A DNA stretch of 64,000 nt from an uncultured Clostridia bacterium (lineage in GTDB: Bacteria > Bacillota > Clostridia > TANB77 > CAG-508). Both the position numbers and the translations under genes were made by a program. This document shows, in pieces, positions 38,392 through 49,235 of this stretch; the stretch's first letter is position 1; every line of letters starts with the position of its first letter. The notes beneath the pieces were generated by a model, which saw only the letters and a program-made list of their open reading frames with translations, was not told the origin of the DNA and did no database searches. The stretch covers positions 64,773 to 128,772 of the forward strand of contig CANQGP010000002.1 of assembly GCA_947623285.1 (NCBI GenBank). Direction: 5' to 3'.

Positions 38392-38676
38392 GGTTTTCTC
38401 TCCTTTTTATTAATTTTCATAATCTATTTTTTATAGATTTGTTTTCTTTGTTTTGTACTCTTTTAGTTTTCCCGTTTTTTTGTTTGTTATTATATTTTAA
38501 CATGTTTTTTTATTTTTGTATAGTGCTATGTTTATTTTTACTTATACTTTTGCTTTGTTTTTTTATTTATGCTTTTGTCTTTAGTTTCTTGGTCTATTCT
38601 GCTTTTTGATTTATGTTTTTGTTTAGGTTTATTTTGTTTTTCGATTTGTGTTTTTTCTTTTGTTTTCTGTTTAGCT

Positions 38677-39198
38677 TTATTCTGTCTTTTGATATGGTGG
38701 TTTATATGTTTTCCATTTTTCGTTATCTGATAATACTTCTTTTTTTACTTTTTGAATATTTAAATCGCTTATTTCTTCTATGACTTTACAAGCTAATTCA
38801 TATGTTAAATACTTTGGTTTCCCTTGCTTGTAGTATATTTGATTTTTTGCTTCTTTTATAATTTTTACTTTATATTTTTTTATTATTTTTTCATTTATTA
38901 GGTCGTAGTCGTTGTGTAGCTCTTCTTTTGGAACGTGCCCCAGGTAGTGATTGTAAAATAAATAATCTGTTATTAAGTGTAGAAATTGTCCTTTTTTTAG
39001 ACTTGTGTCGATTTCGTTTTTTTCTAAGAATTTTTTTAGATTTGTGTATGCTGGGGATTTTCCGTAATGTGAGTCTGATTTTGGTGTTACGAAGTCTGGT
39101 TCTATTGAACCATATAAAAATTGGTCTTCGTTTTCTTGTTGTTTGTGTTTTTGTAAGTATTGCTCTGCTACTGCTAAGTGTATTACAAATCCTGCCAT
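38677..39198 (-). CDS. Hypothetical protein (possible metal-dependent hydrolase / phospholipase-C-like fold)
   Basis: 173 aa. The N-terminus reads MAGFVIHLAVAEQY...GSIEPD. Confidence 0.3.
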   Translation of the reverse strand: MAGFVIHLAVAEQYLQKHKQQENEDQFLYGSIEPDFVTPKSDSHYGKSPAYTNLKKFLEKNEIDTSLKKGQFLHLITDYLFYNHYLGHVPKEELHNDYDLINEKIIKKYKVKIIKEAKNQIYYKQGKPKYLTYELACKVIEEISDLNIQKVKKEVLSDNEKWKTYKPPYQKTE

Positions 39199-39348
39199 TT
39201 GTTCTCTCCTTTAAAATTTATTTTTTTACTTTATATGATGTTTTTATTTTGCCGTTATTTTATCATATATTTTTAAGAATTTCTAGTATGCGAATTTTAT
39301 CACTTTTTGTCGCTTTTTGACAAGTTTATTTTTTTTCAAAAAAAGTAT

Positions 39349-39377
39349 TGACAAGTTTGATTTCTGATTGTATTATA
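39349..39377 (+). promoter_or_regulatory. Promoter TTGACA-17-TATTAT at the head of the plus-strand ATPase / membrane-protein / dnaD-dnaI block
   Basis: ttgacaagtttgatttctgattgtattat. A small hydrophobic ORF (TTG start at about 39404, about 48 aa) follows. Confidence 0.5.
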
Positions 39378-39565
39378 TTCAAAAATCAAAAGGTGGTGAT
39401 GTTTTGAAACTGCTTGATTTATTTTTTGTTTTCTACGTTTTTTATCTTTTTATTACTTTTTATTCTTTATATACTTTTATTGATATTAAGGTGTTTAATA
39501 ATCGTCAGGGTTCAAAATTAGAACTCAAAAAATCAGATTTTTACAAGTAATTTTGAATTTTTATT

Positions 39566-41281
39566 TTGAGAGAAAGGAGGTTTTTTAGGATTTTTAAATT
39601 TTTCATACGCATAGTTTTTTCTTTGCTTTTTATGGCTTTTTGCTCATATTTTAATTTCGTTTTGTTTTCACCAATTTTTAATTCTTCAGAAGTTATTTTT
39701 CCCTATAGTTTCCACCCTTTTAATATTTGTGAAAAGTCACCTGAGTTATGGGAATTTATTAAAATTTCTTTTTTAGTATGTTGCTCGTTTTCTTATTTTG
39801 TGGTGGGTAATTTTATATTCTCTTTTGTTTTACGTTTTAAACTTAATCGTTCTGTTTTGGCGGACTCTTCCATTGCCGTTCCTTCTTCGGATGCTTTATG
39901 TTTAACTGTTGGCAAAGATGAATTTAATAGGGTTATTAGGGTTCCTGAAAAAGGTCTTTTTCAGAATTTTCTGATTACGGGCACAATTGGCTCTGGTAAG
40001 ACTAGTTCTGCTATGTATCCTTTTACTAGACAACTTCTTTCCTATTCTGCTAATGTTGAAAAAATTGGTATGCTTATTCTTGATGTTAAAGGTAATTATT
40101 TTGAGTTTGTTGAGTCTTTGTGCAAAGAGTTTGGTTTGAAGGATGATGTAATTGTTATTTCTTTGAATTCTGATGTTTTTTATAATCCTTTGGACAAGCC
40201 GAATTTGAAGCCTCAAGTTTTAGCTAATAGATTGAAAACTATTTTACTTCTTTTTTCAGAAAATAATAGTGAATCTTTTTGGCTTGATAAGGCCGAGGAA
40301 GTTTTGTGTGAATGTATAAAACTTTGTAGGCTTTATAATAACGGATATGTGACTTTTGAAGAACTACATAAGTTGGTTTTTTACCCTAATTATTATAAGG
40401 AGAAGTTGAAGTTTTTAAGAAAACTTTTTGTTTCTAATAAGCTTTCTCAACGTCAAATTTTTGATTTATCTTCTTGTTTAAATTTTTTTGATAAGGATTT
40501 TGAGAATTTAGATCAACGTACATTGGCTATTTTGAAGTCTGAGATTGGTAGAATTACTAATGCTTTTGTTTCGGATTTCGATGTTTTGAAGACTTTTTCT
40601 CCTCCTAAAAATAAGATTTCTTTTGATGGATTTTCAGATGTTATTAAAAATGGTAAGATTGTAGTTCTTTCTATGAATATCGCTGAATACCGTAATCTTT
40701 CTATGATGATCGCTGCTTACTTAAAGTTAGACTTTCAAACTGAGGTTATTTCTAATTTATCTAAATATGGAGCTATTCCGTGTGCTTTTATTTGTGATGA
40801 ATATGATAAGTATGCAAGTAAGATTGATGGTGAGTTTTTTTCTTTAAGTCGTGAGGCTAAGTGTATTAATATTGTTAGTACTCAAAGCTTTTCTTCTCTT
40901 AAAGGTGTTCTTAAAGATGAGGATGCAGTTCGCATTATTATTCAAAATTTGATTAACAAAATTTGGTTTCGTACTGATGATGTTTTTACTATTGAGGAAT
41001 CTCAAAAATTATTAGGACGTGAAGATAAAGATATTATTACTAGGAGTGTTTCTGAAAATGCTAAAGCTACTAGATTTAATTTTTTTACCAATACCTTTTC
41101 GTCTGAAGATTCCAATATTTCTGAATCTTTCAGTACTTCTAGTCAAAAAGATTTTGTGTTTGATTTTAATTTTTTTAGTCAAGAACTTGAGACTTTTTCT
41201 GCTCTTTGTTTTCTTTCAGATGGTTCTAAGGTTTTAAAGCCTTCTAGGCTGAAACTTTTTCCTTTTTTTGAAAATAATTGA
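39566..41281 (+). CDS. Membrane-anchored P-loop ATPase, type IV coupling protein-like (VirD4/TraG/TraD/TcpA-like)
   Basis: 571 aa. It has two N-terminal TM helices, the Walker A ITGTIGSGKTSS, the Walker B AFICDEYDKY and a downstream IVSTQSFSSLKG motif. The TTG start at 39566 is uncertain, because the ribosome-binding site AAAGGAGG lies inside the ORF. Confidence 0.5.
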   Translation: MRERRFFRIFKFFIRIVFSLLFMAFCSYFNFVLFSPIFNSSEVIFPYSFHPFNICEKSPELWEFIKISFLVCCSFSYFVVGNFIFSFVLRFKLNRSVLADSSIAVPSSDALCLTVGKDEFNRVIRVPEKGLFQNFLITGTIGSGKTSSAMYPFTRQLLSYSANVEKIGMLILDVKGNYFEFVESLCKEFGLKDDVIVISLNSDVFYNPLDKPNLKPQVLANRLKTILLLFSENNSESFWLDKAEEVLCECIKLCRLYNNGYVTFEELHKLVFYPNYYKEKLKFLRKLFVSNKLSQRQIFDLSSCLNFFDKDFENLDQRTLAILKSEIGRITNAFVSDFDVLKTFSPPKNKISFDGFSDVIKNGKIVVLSMNIAEYRNLSMMIAAYLKLDFQTEVISNLSKYGAIPCAFICDEYDKYASKIDGEFFSLSREAKCINIVSTQSFSSLKGVLKDEDAVRIIIQNLINKIWFRTDDVFTIEESQKLLGREDKDIITRSVSENAKATRFNFFTNTFSSEDSNISESFSTSSQKDFVFDFNFFSQELETFSALCFLSDGSKVLKPSRLKLFPFFENN

Positions 41282-41347
41282 TTTTATATATTTTTTAGTT
41301 GCTAGTTTAAGTTTTATGACTTTTCTAGTTACGGAATTGGAGGTTTT

Positions 41348-41692
41348 ATGAAATTTTTTAAATGTAAAAAGTTTTTTTTCATTAGTTTTTCTATTTTTTT
41401 ATTTATTATTTTTGTTGGTTGTTTTTCTTCACCATGTTCTGCTTTAGGTGACCCTCAAATTGTTTCAAAACTGCAAAATGGTTTTGAAGATATTGAAGGA
41501 TGGATTTTAAAGCTTGCTACTCCTGCAGCTGCTGTTGCTGTTGGTACTGGAATTTTCATGAGAAAGTTTAGTTTTGGTGATGAAGAACGTATTCGTTTAG
41601 GTAAAAAACTTATAAGAAATTCTTTATTTTCATATGGCTTTTTACTTGCTATTGATTTAATTTTATCTGCTATTAAATCTTTAGTTGGTTAA
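41348..41692 (+). CDS. Small membrane protein (signal peptide plus C-terminal TM; VirB2/TrbC-pilin-like topology)
   Basis: 114 aa. Its ribosome-binding-site context ggaattggaggtttt-ATG recurs at 41783 and 42693. Confidence 0.4.
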   Translation: MKFFKCKKFFFISFSIFLFIIFVGCFSSPCSALGDPQIVSKLQNGFEDIEGWILKLATPAAAVAVGTGIFMRKFSFGDEERIRLGKKLIRNSLFSYGFLLAIDLILSAIKSLVG

Positions 41693-41799
41693 GTTTTGTT
41701 TTTATATTTACTTTTTAGATTGTATTTTTATATTTATATCTATTTTTATATTTGATTTTTAATTTTATTTAAATATTTTATTTCGGATTGGAGGTTTTT

Positions 41800-42666
41800 T
41801 TGGAAGGTTCTACTAATATTACAGATTCTATTATTCAAACTATTAATACTATTTTTGAAAAGTTGATGGGTTCTATTGATAATAATCTTTATTCTGTTCT
41901 TGATGAGATTACTTTTGTTGGGCCTAATATTTTGAAGGATAAAAATTTTGAAAAGATTTTTGGCACATCTGCTACTAATGGCATTTTGCTTATTGTTAAT
42001 AGTTTACTTTTGGCTATTATTTTGTATTTTGGCATTAAGCTTTTTCTTGCAAATATTACTTATACTCAAGTTGAAAGACCTTATCAATTTATTTTTAAAT
42101 TGATTATTTGCGGGATTTGCATGAATTTTTCATTTTTTTTGATAGAGTTGTTTCTATCTATTAATGATAATTTTACGATTGCTATTAGGCAACTTGGAGA
42201 AAATCTCTTTGGTAAACAGGTTTGTTTTTCTGAATTAATTAATATTATTAATTCTACTTTTTCTGTTGATACTAGCTCTCTCGATATTTTTTCTATTGAT
42301 GGAATGATAAAAGGTACTTTGTCTGTTTCCTTATTGAATTTAGTTTTTACATATGCTTTTCGCTATGTTCTGGTTAAAGTTTTTGTTCTTCTTTCACCCG
42401 TAGCTATTTTGTCGCTTTCACTTTCTTCTACTTCTTGGTTTTTTAAATCATGGCTTCGTAATTTGTTCTCTTTACTTTTTATTCAAATTATTGTAGCTAT
42501 TGTTTTAGTGCTTCTGTTTTCGATGGATTTTTCGTCTTCTAATTTGTTATTTAAGTTTGTTTATGTTGGTGGTATTTATGTTTTAATTAGAGCTAATTCT
42601 TTTGTTAAGGAATTTGTTGGTGGTATTTCCACAACTGTTGCACAAAGTGTGAATAAATTAAGGTGA
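41800..42666 (+). CDS. Polytopic membrane protein (VirB6/TrbL-like topology, 6 or more TM helices)
   Basis: About 288 aa. A TTG start at 41800 after GGAGG is likely (the ORF track gives 41788). Confidence 0.4.
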   Translation: MEGSTNITDSIIQTINTIFEKLMGSIDNNLYSVLDEITFVGPNILKDKNFEKIFGTSATNGILLIVNSLLLAIILYFGIKLFLANITYTQVERPYQFIFKLIICGICMNFSFFLIELFLSINDNFTIAIRQLGENLFGKQVCFSELINIINSTFSVDTSSLDIFSIDGMIKGTLSVSLLNLVFTYAFRYVLVKVFVLLSPVAILSLSLSSTSWFFKSWLRNLFSLLFIQIIVAIVLVLLFSMDFSSSNLLFKFVYVGGIYVLIRANSFVKEFVGGISTTVAQSVNKLR

Positions 42667-42714
42667 TTTTAACTTTTTCTTTGTTTATTTATTTTATGGA
42701 TTTGGAGGTTTTTT

Positions 42715-43002
42715 ATGAAGTTTATTTTTCCACAAAATTATAATTTTAATAATAAAATTTTAGGTTTTTTTGATTATTCTACTGCTATTTTTCTTGTTTG
42801 TTGGTGTTTTTTTATTGGTTGCATTTTACATTTTTTATTCTTTAGTTTAACTGTAAAAATTGTTTGTTTTATTGTTTTTTGTTTCCCTTTGGTTCTTTTT
42901 AGTATTGTCGGTTTTAATAATGAAAATATCTTGTATGTTTTTTCTTACTTATTAACTTTTGCTTTTAAGAATAAGTGTCTTTTTTTTGACAAAATCTCTT
43001 GA
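42715..43002 (+). CDS. Small two-TM membrane protein
   Basis: 95 aa. It has the same ribosome-binding-site context as the two preceding genes. Confidence 0.4.
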   Translation: MKFIFPQNYNFNNKILGFFDYSTAIFLVCWCFFIGCILHFLFFSLTVKIVCFIVFCFPLVLFSIVGFNNENILYVFSYLLTFAFKNKCLFFDKIS

Positions 43003-43065
43003 ACTTTTCAATTAATAACTGTATAATCAAAAATAATATAAAATAATTTTGATTAGGAGTTATAA

Positions 43066-44044
43066 GATGAAACTTGAACAAAAAGATAAACCTTTATTAT
43101 TTTCTGAAACTGTCATTCCTGATATTTTTTTCGCAGAATATCTGCCTGAAATTTCTGGAGATTGTTTGAAGTTATATTTGTATATGAGTTTTCTTTCTAA
43201 ATATGGAAAGAGTGTTAAACTTAATGATTTGTCTAAAAAGTTGAATTTGCCTATTAAATCTATTAGTGCTTTTCTTGAGGTTTTAGAAAATCATGGTTTG
43301 ATTATGAAGAAAACTTCTGGTTATATTGTTGTGAATTTACAAGAAATTACTTTGAATAAATTGTATTCTCCTAATTTGACTGCTTCTGAAGATAAAGTTA
43401 AATCTTCTGCTAAAAATCAATCTAGAGCTAAGGCTATTGAACATATTAATAATATGTATTTCCAAGGTGTTATGAGTCCTTCATGGTATAGTGATATTGA
43501 TTTTTGGTTTAATTCTTATGGGTTTGATGAACAAGTTATGATTGCACTTTTTGATTATTGTTTCAATCGTTCTGCTTTACACAAGAATTATGTCCAGGCT
43601 GTTGCTGAGGCTTGGAATAATGATAATGTTAAAACTTGGGCTGATTTAGATGTTTATTCTCAAAAGAGAGAACGTTTGAATAATTATAAAAAACTTATAG
43701 CTAAGAAGCTTGGCAAACGTGGTAATCTTACTCAATTTGAGGAAGCCTATATAGAAAAGTGGATTATTGATTATGGTTATGACATGGATGTTATTGAAAT
43801 TGCTTTAAAGAGAACAACTTTTAAACAAACTCCTACTTTTGAATATATTAATAGTTTGATTTCTGATTGGTTTGAAAGAGGTTTGAAAAAACCTGATGAA
43901 ATTTTAGCTTTTATTGAAAAAAGAAAGAAGCAAGCTAAAAGTGCTAAAGAGTTGAAAAAGAATTCTCTTAATGCTAATTATATTAAAAGAAGCTATGATA
44001 ATTTAGATTTTTTATATGCTAATAATTCTAAAAAGGAGGCTTAA
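43066..44044 (+). CDS. DnaD-domain replication initiation / membrane attachment protein (DnaB_2/DnaD-like, two DDBH2-type repeats)
   Basis: About 326 aa. It has an N-terminal wHTH-like region and two DnaD-like modules (WYSDIDFWFNSYGFDEQVMIALFDYCF...; AYIEKWIIDYGYDMDVIEIALKRT...). An AGGAG ribosome-binding site precedes the ATG at 43066. Confidence 0.65.
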
Positions 44045-45052
44045 ATGGCTAATGATGTGTTAAATTCTCTTTTGAAAGAGTATGAACATAAAAAGGTTTC
44101 TGCTGAATTAGATTTGGAAAGAAGAAAAGAAAACTTATATGCTTTGTTGCCTGATTTAGCTGAGATTGATGATGAACTTAATTCTTTTGCTCTTGATACT
44201 ACTAAATGTATTTTGCTAAATAAAAAAGGTCATTCTTTAACTGCACTTAGAAAAAAAATTTCTGAATTGAAAAGAAAAAAGAAAAATATTTTGACTTCTA
44301 ATGGTTATGATGCTAATTTTTTGAAACCTTTTTATGAATGTAAACTTTGTTGTGATACTGGTTTTATTTCTTCAGATAATGGAAAAATTATGTGTAATTG
44401 TTTGAAACAACGCTTGCTTAATGCTTCATATGATAATTCTAATATGTTTAATTTAAAAAATCAGTGTTTCGAAAAATTTAATGAAAAAATTTTTTCTAAT
44501 AAAGTTGATTTTGAAAAATTTGGGCAGAATATTTCTCCTAGAGAAAATATCTTGAATATTAAAGATAGAGCTATTTTCTTTGTTGAAAATTTCGATAATC
44601 CTAATGTTAAAAATTTACTTTTTACTGGTGGTACTGGTCTTGGCAAAAGTTTTATGTCTGGGTGTATTGCTAATGAACTTATTAAGAAAAATAAAAGTGT
44701 TTTTTACCAAACTGCACCTATCCTTTTAGATAGTATTATTGATTATAAAATGTCTCGAAATAAGGATCTTTCTAATAATATCTATAAAACTGTTTTAGAA
44801 ACAGATCTTTTAATTATTGATGATTTAGGTACTGAGAGTTTAAATAAAATGAAAATTAGTGAACTATTTACTATTCTGAATGCAAGAATTATGAATGTTA
44901 ATAATAAGATTACTAAAACTATTATTTCTACTAATCAGAGTTTAATTGATATTTTTGATTCTTATGAAGAACGTATTGGTTCTAGACTTGCTGGATATTA
45001 TGATATTTATATGTTTTTCGGAAATGATTTACGTTTTAATGGCAAGCATTAG
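44045..45052 (+). CDS. DnaI/DnaC-like helicase loader (N-terminal Cys4 zinc ribbon plus AAA+ domain)
   Basis: 335 aa. The zinc ribbon reads CKLCCDTGF...CNC. The Walker A is LLFTGGTGLGKSF. The Walker B is DLLIIDDLGTE. The ATG overlaps the previous stop (TAAATG). An AAGGAGG ribosome-binding site is present. Confidence 0.7.
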   Translation: MANDVLNSLLKEYEHKKVSAELDLERRKENLYALLPDLAEIDDELNSFALDTTKCILLNKKGHSLTALRKKISELKRKKKNILTSNGYDANFLKPFYECKLCCDTGFISSDNGKIMCNCLKQRLLNASYDNSNMFNLKNQCFEKFNEKIFSNKVDFEKFGQNISPRENILNIKDRAIFFVENFDNPNVKNLLFTGGTGLGKSFMSGCIANELIKKNKSVFYQTAPILLDSIIDYKMSRNKDLSNNIYKTVLETDLLIIDDLGTESLNKMKISELFTILNARIMNVNNKITKTIISTNQSLIDIFDSYEERIGSRLAGYYDIYMFFGNDLRFNGKH

Positions 45053-45065
45053 TTTAAATAGATTA

Positions 45066-45102
45066 AAAAAATACTTAAGCAAAATTTGCTTAAGTATTTT
45101 TT
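45066..45102. terminator. Bidirectional terminator between dnaI-like and gyrA (convergent)
   Basis: aaaaatacttaagcaaa-at-ttgcttaagtatttttt, a 10-bp stem. Confidence 0.65.
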
Positions 45103-45107
45103 CTAGT

Positions 45108-47558
45108 CTATTCTTCCATTTCTGGTGTTAATGTTTCGATGCTTACTACTTTTCCTCCATCAGATGTTCTCATTAATGTTACTCCTTGTGTTGATCTTCC
45201 TAATACACTTATGTCTTTTACATGAAGTCTTATTATCGTTCCTGTATCTGTTATTAACATTACATCATCTTCTTCTGTTGATATTCTTACTCCTACAAGA
45301 TTTCCTGTTTTTGGTGTTATTTTATATGTTGTTACTCCTCTTCCTCCTCGTAGTTGTACTCTATATTCATCTAATTCTGTTCTTTTTCCAAATCCATTTT
45401 CTGTTATTGCTAGTAATGTTGCTTTTCCTCCTGGTATTATTGATTCCATTCCTATAACTTCGTCTTCATCATCTATTCTTATTCCAATTACTCCTTGTGC
45501 TACTCTTCCCATTGGTCGTACATCTTTCTCATCGAATGTTATGCTCATTCCTTTTCTTGTTACTAATACCACATTATCTTCACCATCTGTTAATCTTACT
45601 TGGATTAGTTCGTCGTTTTCTTTTAATGTTATTCCTTGCAATCCTGTTTTTCTAGCTGAGTTATATTCTGATAATGCTGTTTTCTTAATCAAACCGTTTT
45701 TTGTAGCCATTAATAAGTATTTTCCTTCTGCAAAATTTTGAATTGGTATTACTGCGGATATTTTTTCTCCTGGGTCTAAACTTAATAGATTTACAATTGC
45801 TGTTCCTCTTGCTGTTCTTCCTGCTTCTGGTATTTCATATCCTCTTAGTTTATATAGTTTTCCTTTATTTGTAAAGAATAGTATTGTGTCATGTGTTGAG
45901 GTTGTAAATATTTGTTTTACAAAGTCATTTTCTCGTGTTGCTATTCCAGTAATTCCTTTTCCACCTCTTCTTTGACTTCTATATGTATCTATTGGCATCC
46001 TTTTGATGTATCCAAAGTGTGTTAAAGCTACTACGCATTGCTCTTCTTTTATTAAGTCATCTATGTCAATTTCGCCTTCTGCTGCTACTATTTTTGTTTT
46101 TCTTTCATCTCCAAATTTATCTCTTATTTCTATTAATTCTTCTTTTATTATTCCATATACTAATGTTTCACTATTTAGTATATCTTTTAAATGTGCTATT
46201 AATTCTAATAATGATTTATATTCATCTTCTATTTTTTCACGTTGCAATCCTGATAATGTTCTTAATCTCATATCCAAAATTGCTTGCGCTTGGATTTCTG
46301 ATAATCCAAATCTTTCCATTAATCTTTCTTTCGCATCATCATATGAATTTCTTATTATTTCTATTACTTCATCTATATTATCTAATGCTATTTTTAATCC
46401 TTCTAAGATATGAGCTCTTGCTAATGCTTTATCTAATTCAAATTGTGTTCTTCTTAAAATTACATCTTTTCTGTGATCTATATATACCTCTAAGCATTGT
46501 CTTAATGTTAGAATTTTGGGTTCTCCTTTTACTAATGCTAACATTATTATTCCAAATGTATCTTGCATTTGCGTATGCTTAAATAGTCTATTTAATACAA
46601 CTTGTGCATTTGCATCTTTCTTTAATTCTATTACTATTCTTACTCTATCATTTCTATCTGATTCGTCTCTTACTTCTGATATTCCTTCTACTCTTTTTTC
46701 TCTTGTTAATTTTGCAATATTTTCTATTAATTTAGATTTATTTACTTGATATGGTAATGATTTAACTATTATTCTTTGTCTATTATTATTCATTTCTTCT
46801 ATTTCAGTTTCTGCTCTTAATGTTATTTTTCCTCTTCCTGTTGTATATGCTTTTTTTATTCCTTCTATTCCTAGAATTACACCCTCTGTAGGGAAATCTG
46901 GTCCTTTAATCACTTCCATTAATTGTTCATCTGTTACATCATCTTCATCTATTATTTTTATAATTCCATTTATTACTTCTGTTAGATTGTGTGGCGGTAT
47001 ATTTGTTGCCATTCCTACGGCAATTCCTGATGAACCGTTTACTAACAATGCTGGTATTTTTGCTGGCAATACTGTTGGTTCTTGCAATCTATCATCATAG
47101 TTTGGCATAAAATCTACAGTATTTTTTTCTATATCTGTCAACATATGCTCTGCTATTTTTGCCATTCTTGCTTCTGTATACCTCATTGCTGCTGCTCCAT
47201 CACCATCTATTGAGCCAAAATTTCCATGTCCGTCTATTAACATATATCTCATTGAAAAATCTTGAGCCATTCTTACCATTGCATCATAAACAGAACTATC
47301 TCCATGTGGATGGTATCTTCCTAAAACTGATCCTACTGTATTAGCACATTTTCTATATGGCTTGTCTGATGTTATTCCATCTTCATGCATTGCATATAAT
47401 ATTCTTCTATGTACAGGTTTTAATCCATCTCTTGCATCTGGTAAAGCTCTTGAAACAATAACACTCATTGCATAATCAATATAAGCTGTTCTCATTTCTT
47501 TTTCAATGTCTCTTTCTATTATTTTTCCATCGCGTCTCTCAGGTGGTGTTTCTTGCAT
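45108..47558 (-). CDS. gyrA: DNA gyrase subunit A
   Basis: 816 aa. It has the N-terminal catalytic-Tyr region, the QRRGGKG-box region and C-terminal beta-pinwheel repeats. Confidence 0.95.
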   Translation of the reverse strand: MQETPPERRDGKIIERDIEKEMRTAYIDYAMSVIVSRALPDARDGLKPVHRRILYAMHEDGITSDKPYRKCANTVGSVLGRYHPHGDSSVYDAMVRMAQDFSMRYMLIDGHGNFGSIDGDGAAAMRYTEARMAKIAEHMLTDIEKNTVDFMPNYDDRLQEPTVLPAKIPALLVNGSSGIAVGMATNIPPHNLTEVINGIIKIIDEDDVTDEQLMEVIKGPDFPTEGVILGIEGIKKAYTTGRGKITLRAETEIEEMNNNRQRIIVKSLPYQVNKSKLIENIAKLTREKRVEGISEVRDESDRNDRVRIVIELKKDANAQVVLNRLFKHTQMQDTFGIIMLALVKGEPKILTLRQCLEVYIDHRKDVILRRTQFELDKALARAHILEGLKIALDNIDEVIEIIRNSYDDAKERLMERFGLSEIQAQAILDMRLRTLSGLQREKIEDEYKSLLELIAHLKDILNSETLVYGIIKEELIEIRDKFGDERKTKIVAAEGEIDIDDLIKEEQCVVALTHFGYIKRMPIDTYRSQRRGGKGITGIATRENDFVKQIFTTSTHDTILFFTNKGKLYKLRGYEIPEAGRTARGTAIVNLLSLDPGEKISAVIPIQNFAEGKYLLMATKNGLIKKTALSEYNSARKTGLQGITLKENDELIQVRLTDGEDNVVLVTRKGMSITFDEKDVRPMGRVAQGVIGIRIDDEDEVIGMESIIPGGKATLLAITENGFGKRTELDEYRVQLRGGRGVTTYKITPKTGNLVGVRISTEEDDVMLITDTGTIIRLHVKDISVLGRSTQGVTLMRTSDGGKVVSIETLTPEMEE

Positions 47559-47686
47559 TTGTTTTTCCTTCTTTCTCTTGAATTTTATACATTTGTATTA
47601 TACTAAAATAGAGATTTTTTTGCAAGTAAATTTAAGTAAAATTTCTGCTTTTTTAGGGAAATAATAGCTTTCAGCTCTTTTTGTTT

Positions 47687-48454
47687 TTACAAACTTTCTA
47701 TTAGCTCTAATTGATTTTTATTTATATTAAAGTTTTGTCCATTATTTTTAATTAATGTGTGTAGATTCTCTACTGCTCGAGCTTCTTTTACAATTTTTTC
47801 AATCGGAGCTAAATCCTTTAATTCTTTTTCTATTTTGCTATACGTTTTTTCCATTTTTTCAAAATCTTTATTATTATAATTGTTTTTCCATTCTGAAATG
47901 TATTTAGATAAATTTATTTCTTTTTTATTTTGTTTTTCAAATGTTTTTTCAATATTGCTTTCCACATTATTTAATATAATTTCTTTTCCATTAGATAATA
48001 AACTTGCAACATTTTTATCTATTTTTCCTTTACTATTTGCTTTATCTATTGCAAAATCTAAAGCTGAAGAAATTCCATCTATTAATCCTCCCTGTTTTAC
48101 AGCTTCTTTCATTTGATTTGTATTTTCAAAATTTCCTGTTAATATACCTATTGCACTTTTTCCTAAATCTATTGTATCGTTTATCGTTTCTTTTATTCCA
48201 TCTTTCAAACCATAATTTAATAAATTATCTTTTATATTTATAACTTGATCTTCAATAAAATCTGGTAATAAAGCTCTTATTCCAATATCTAATGCACCAT
48301 TTATTGCTTTTCCTAAAATTGAATTTAAAAAATTAGATTGTTCTTTTCCTATTTCATTATTTTTTTTATTTTTTATCTCTAAATTTTCATTAATTATATT
48401 TTCTATTTTTTTACACTCCTTTTTTATTTTTTTATTTAAAAATAATTTTTTCAT
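47687..48454 (-). CDS. Hypothetical protein (Lys/Asn-rich, possibly secreted/lipoprotein-like)
   Basis: 255 aa. It lies in the AT-rich island. Its 5' end and upstream region are tandemly triplicated (48438-48655). Confidence 0.35.
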   Translation of the reverse strand: MKKLFLNKKIKKECKKIENIINENLEIKNKKNNEIGKEQSNFLNSILGKAINGALDIGIRALLPDFIEDQVINIKDNLLNYGLKDGIKETINDTIDLGKSAIGILTGNFENTNQMKEAVKQGGLIDGISSALDFAIDKANSKGKIDKNVASLLSNGKEIILNNVESNIEKTFEKQNKKEINLSKYISEWKNNYNNKDFEKMEKTYSKIEKELKDLAPIEKIVKEARAVENLHTLIKNNGQNFNINKNQLELIESL

Positions 48455-48655
48455 AAATTTATTTTTATATAATTTTTTTATAAATTTTTTATTTTATATT
48501 TTTTATATAAAAAATAATTCTTCATAAATTTTATTTTTATATAATTTTCTTATAAGATTTTCATTTTATATTTTTTTATATGAAAAATAATTCTTCATAA
48601 CTTTTATTTTATAAAATTTTTTCATAAAATTTATAAAAAATTCATTCATAAAATG
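48438..48655. repeat. Three tandem copies of a unit of about 72 bp (aaaaataattcttcataaattttatttttatataatttt...), iteron-like
   Basis: Copies start at about 48438, 48509 and 48583. Each contains ttcat (the reverse complement of the ATG plus the first codons of gene 47687-48454). Confidence 0.6.
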
Positions 48656-49235
48656 TTGATATAACTCAAATTTTATTTATATTTATGTAATCCGTACATT
48701 TTTTCGTTTTTTATGATGGACAATTTTTGCTTTTAAAAATGTGTAATTTATATTTTCGTTTATGCGTAAGCTTTTCTTGTTACTTTTTTATCTTTAATCT
48801 TTATTCCTTTTCTTTTTTTGTCTTATTTTTTTATTGGATTACTTCATAATTTTAGTTTTTCAGTTGTTTTTCAATTATCGATATATTCTCTTTTATTTCA
48901 ACTGTTTGCGAGATTTTATTTTTGTTTACATATTATTTTCGTTTTATTTATTCTTTCTAGTAGTTTTTTATTTTTTAGTTTATGTAACCTTTTGTTTTTT
49001 TGACATTTATGTTTACTTTTTGTTGTTTAATAATTTTTGTGCCTGTTTTACTTTTAATGCGTAGACTTTTAGCATTTTCTTTTAAATTTTTCTTTTATCT
49101 TTTTTCTATGTTTTTTATAATCTTTCTTATTTTATTTTCATTTCATTAATTTTCATGTAAACTTACTTTCTTTTAACTTTTTTATGCTTTTTTTGATTTT
49201 GCATTTATGCACGTCTATTTGTGTTTATTTTGCAA

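Noticed and set aside
43049-45052. Prophage interpretation of the DnaD-like/DnaI-like pair
   Set aside because: No integrase, terminase, capsid, tail or lysis genes occur anywhere nearby. A plasmid/ICE remnant or the chromosomal dnaB-dnaI pair is more parsimonious.
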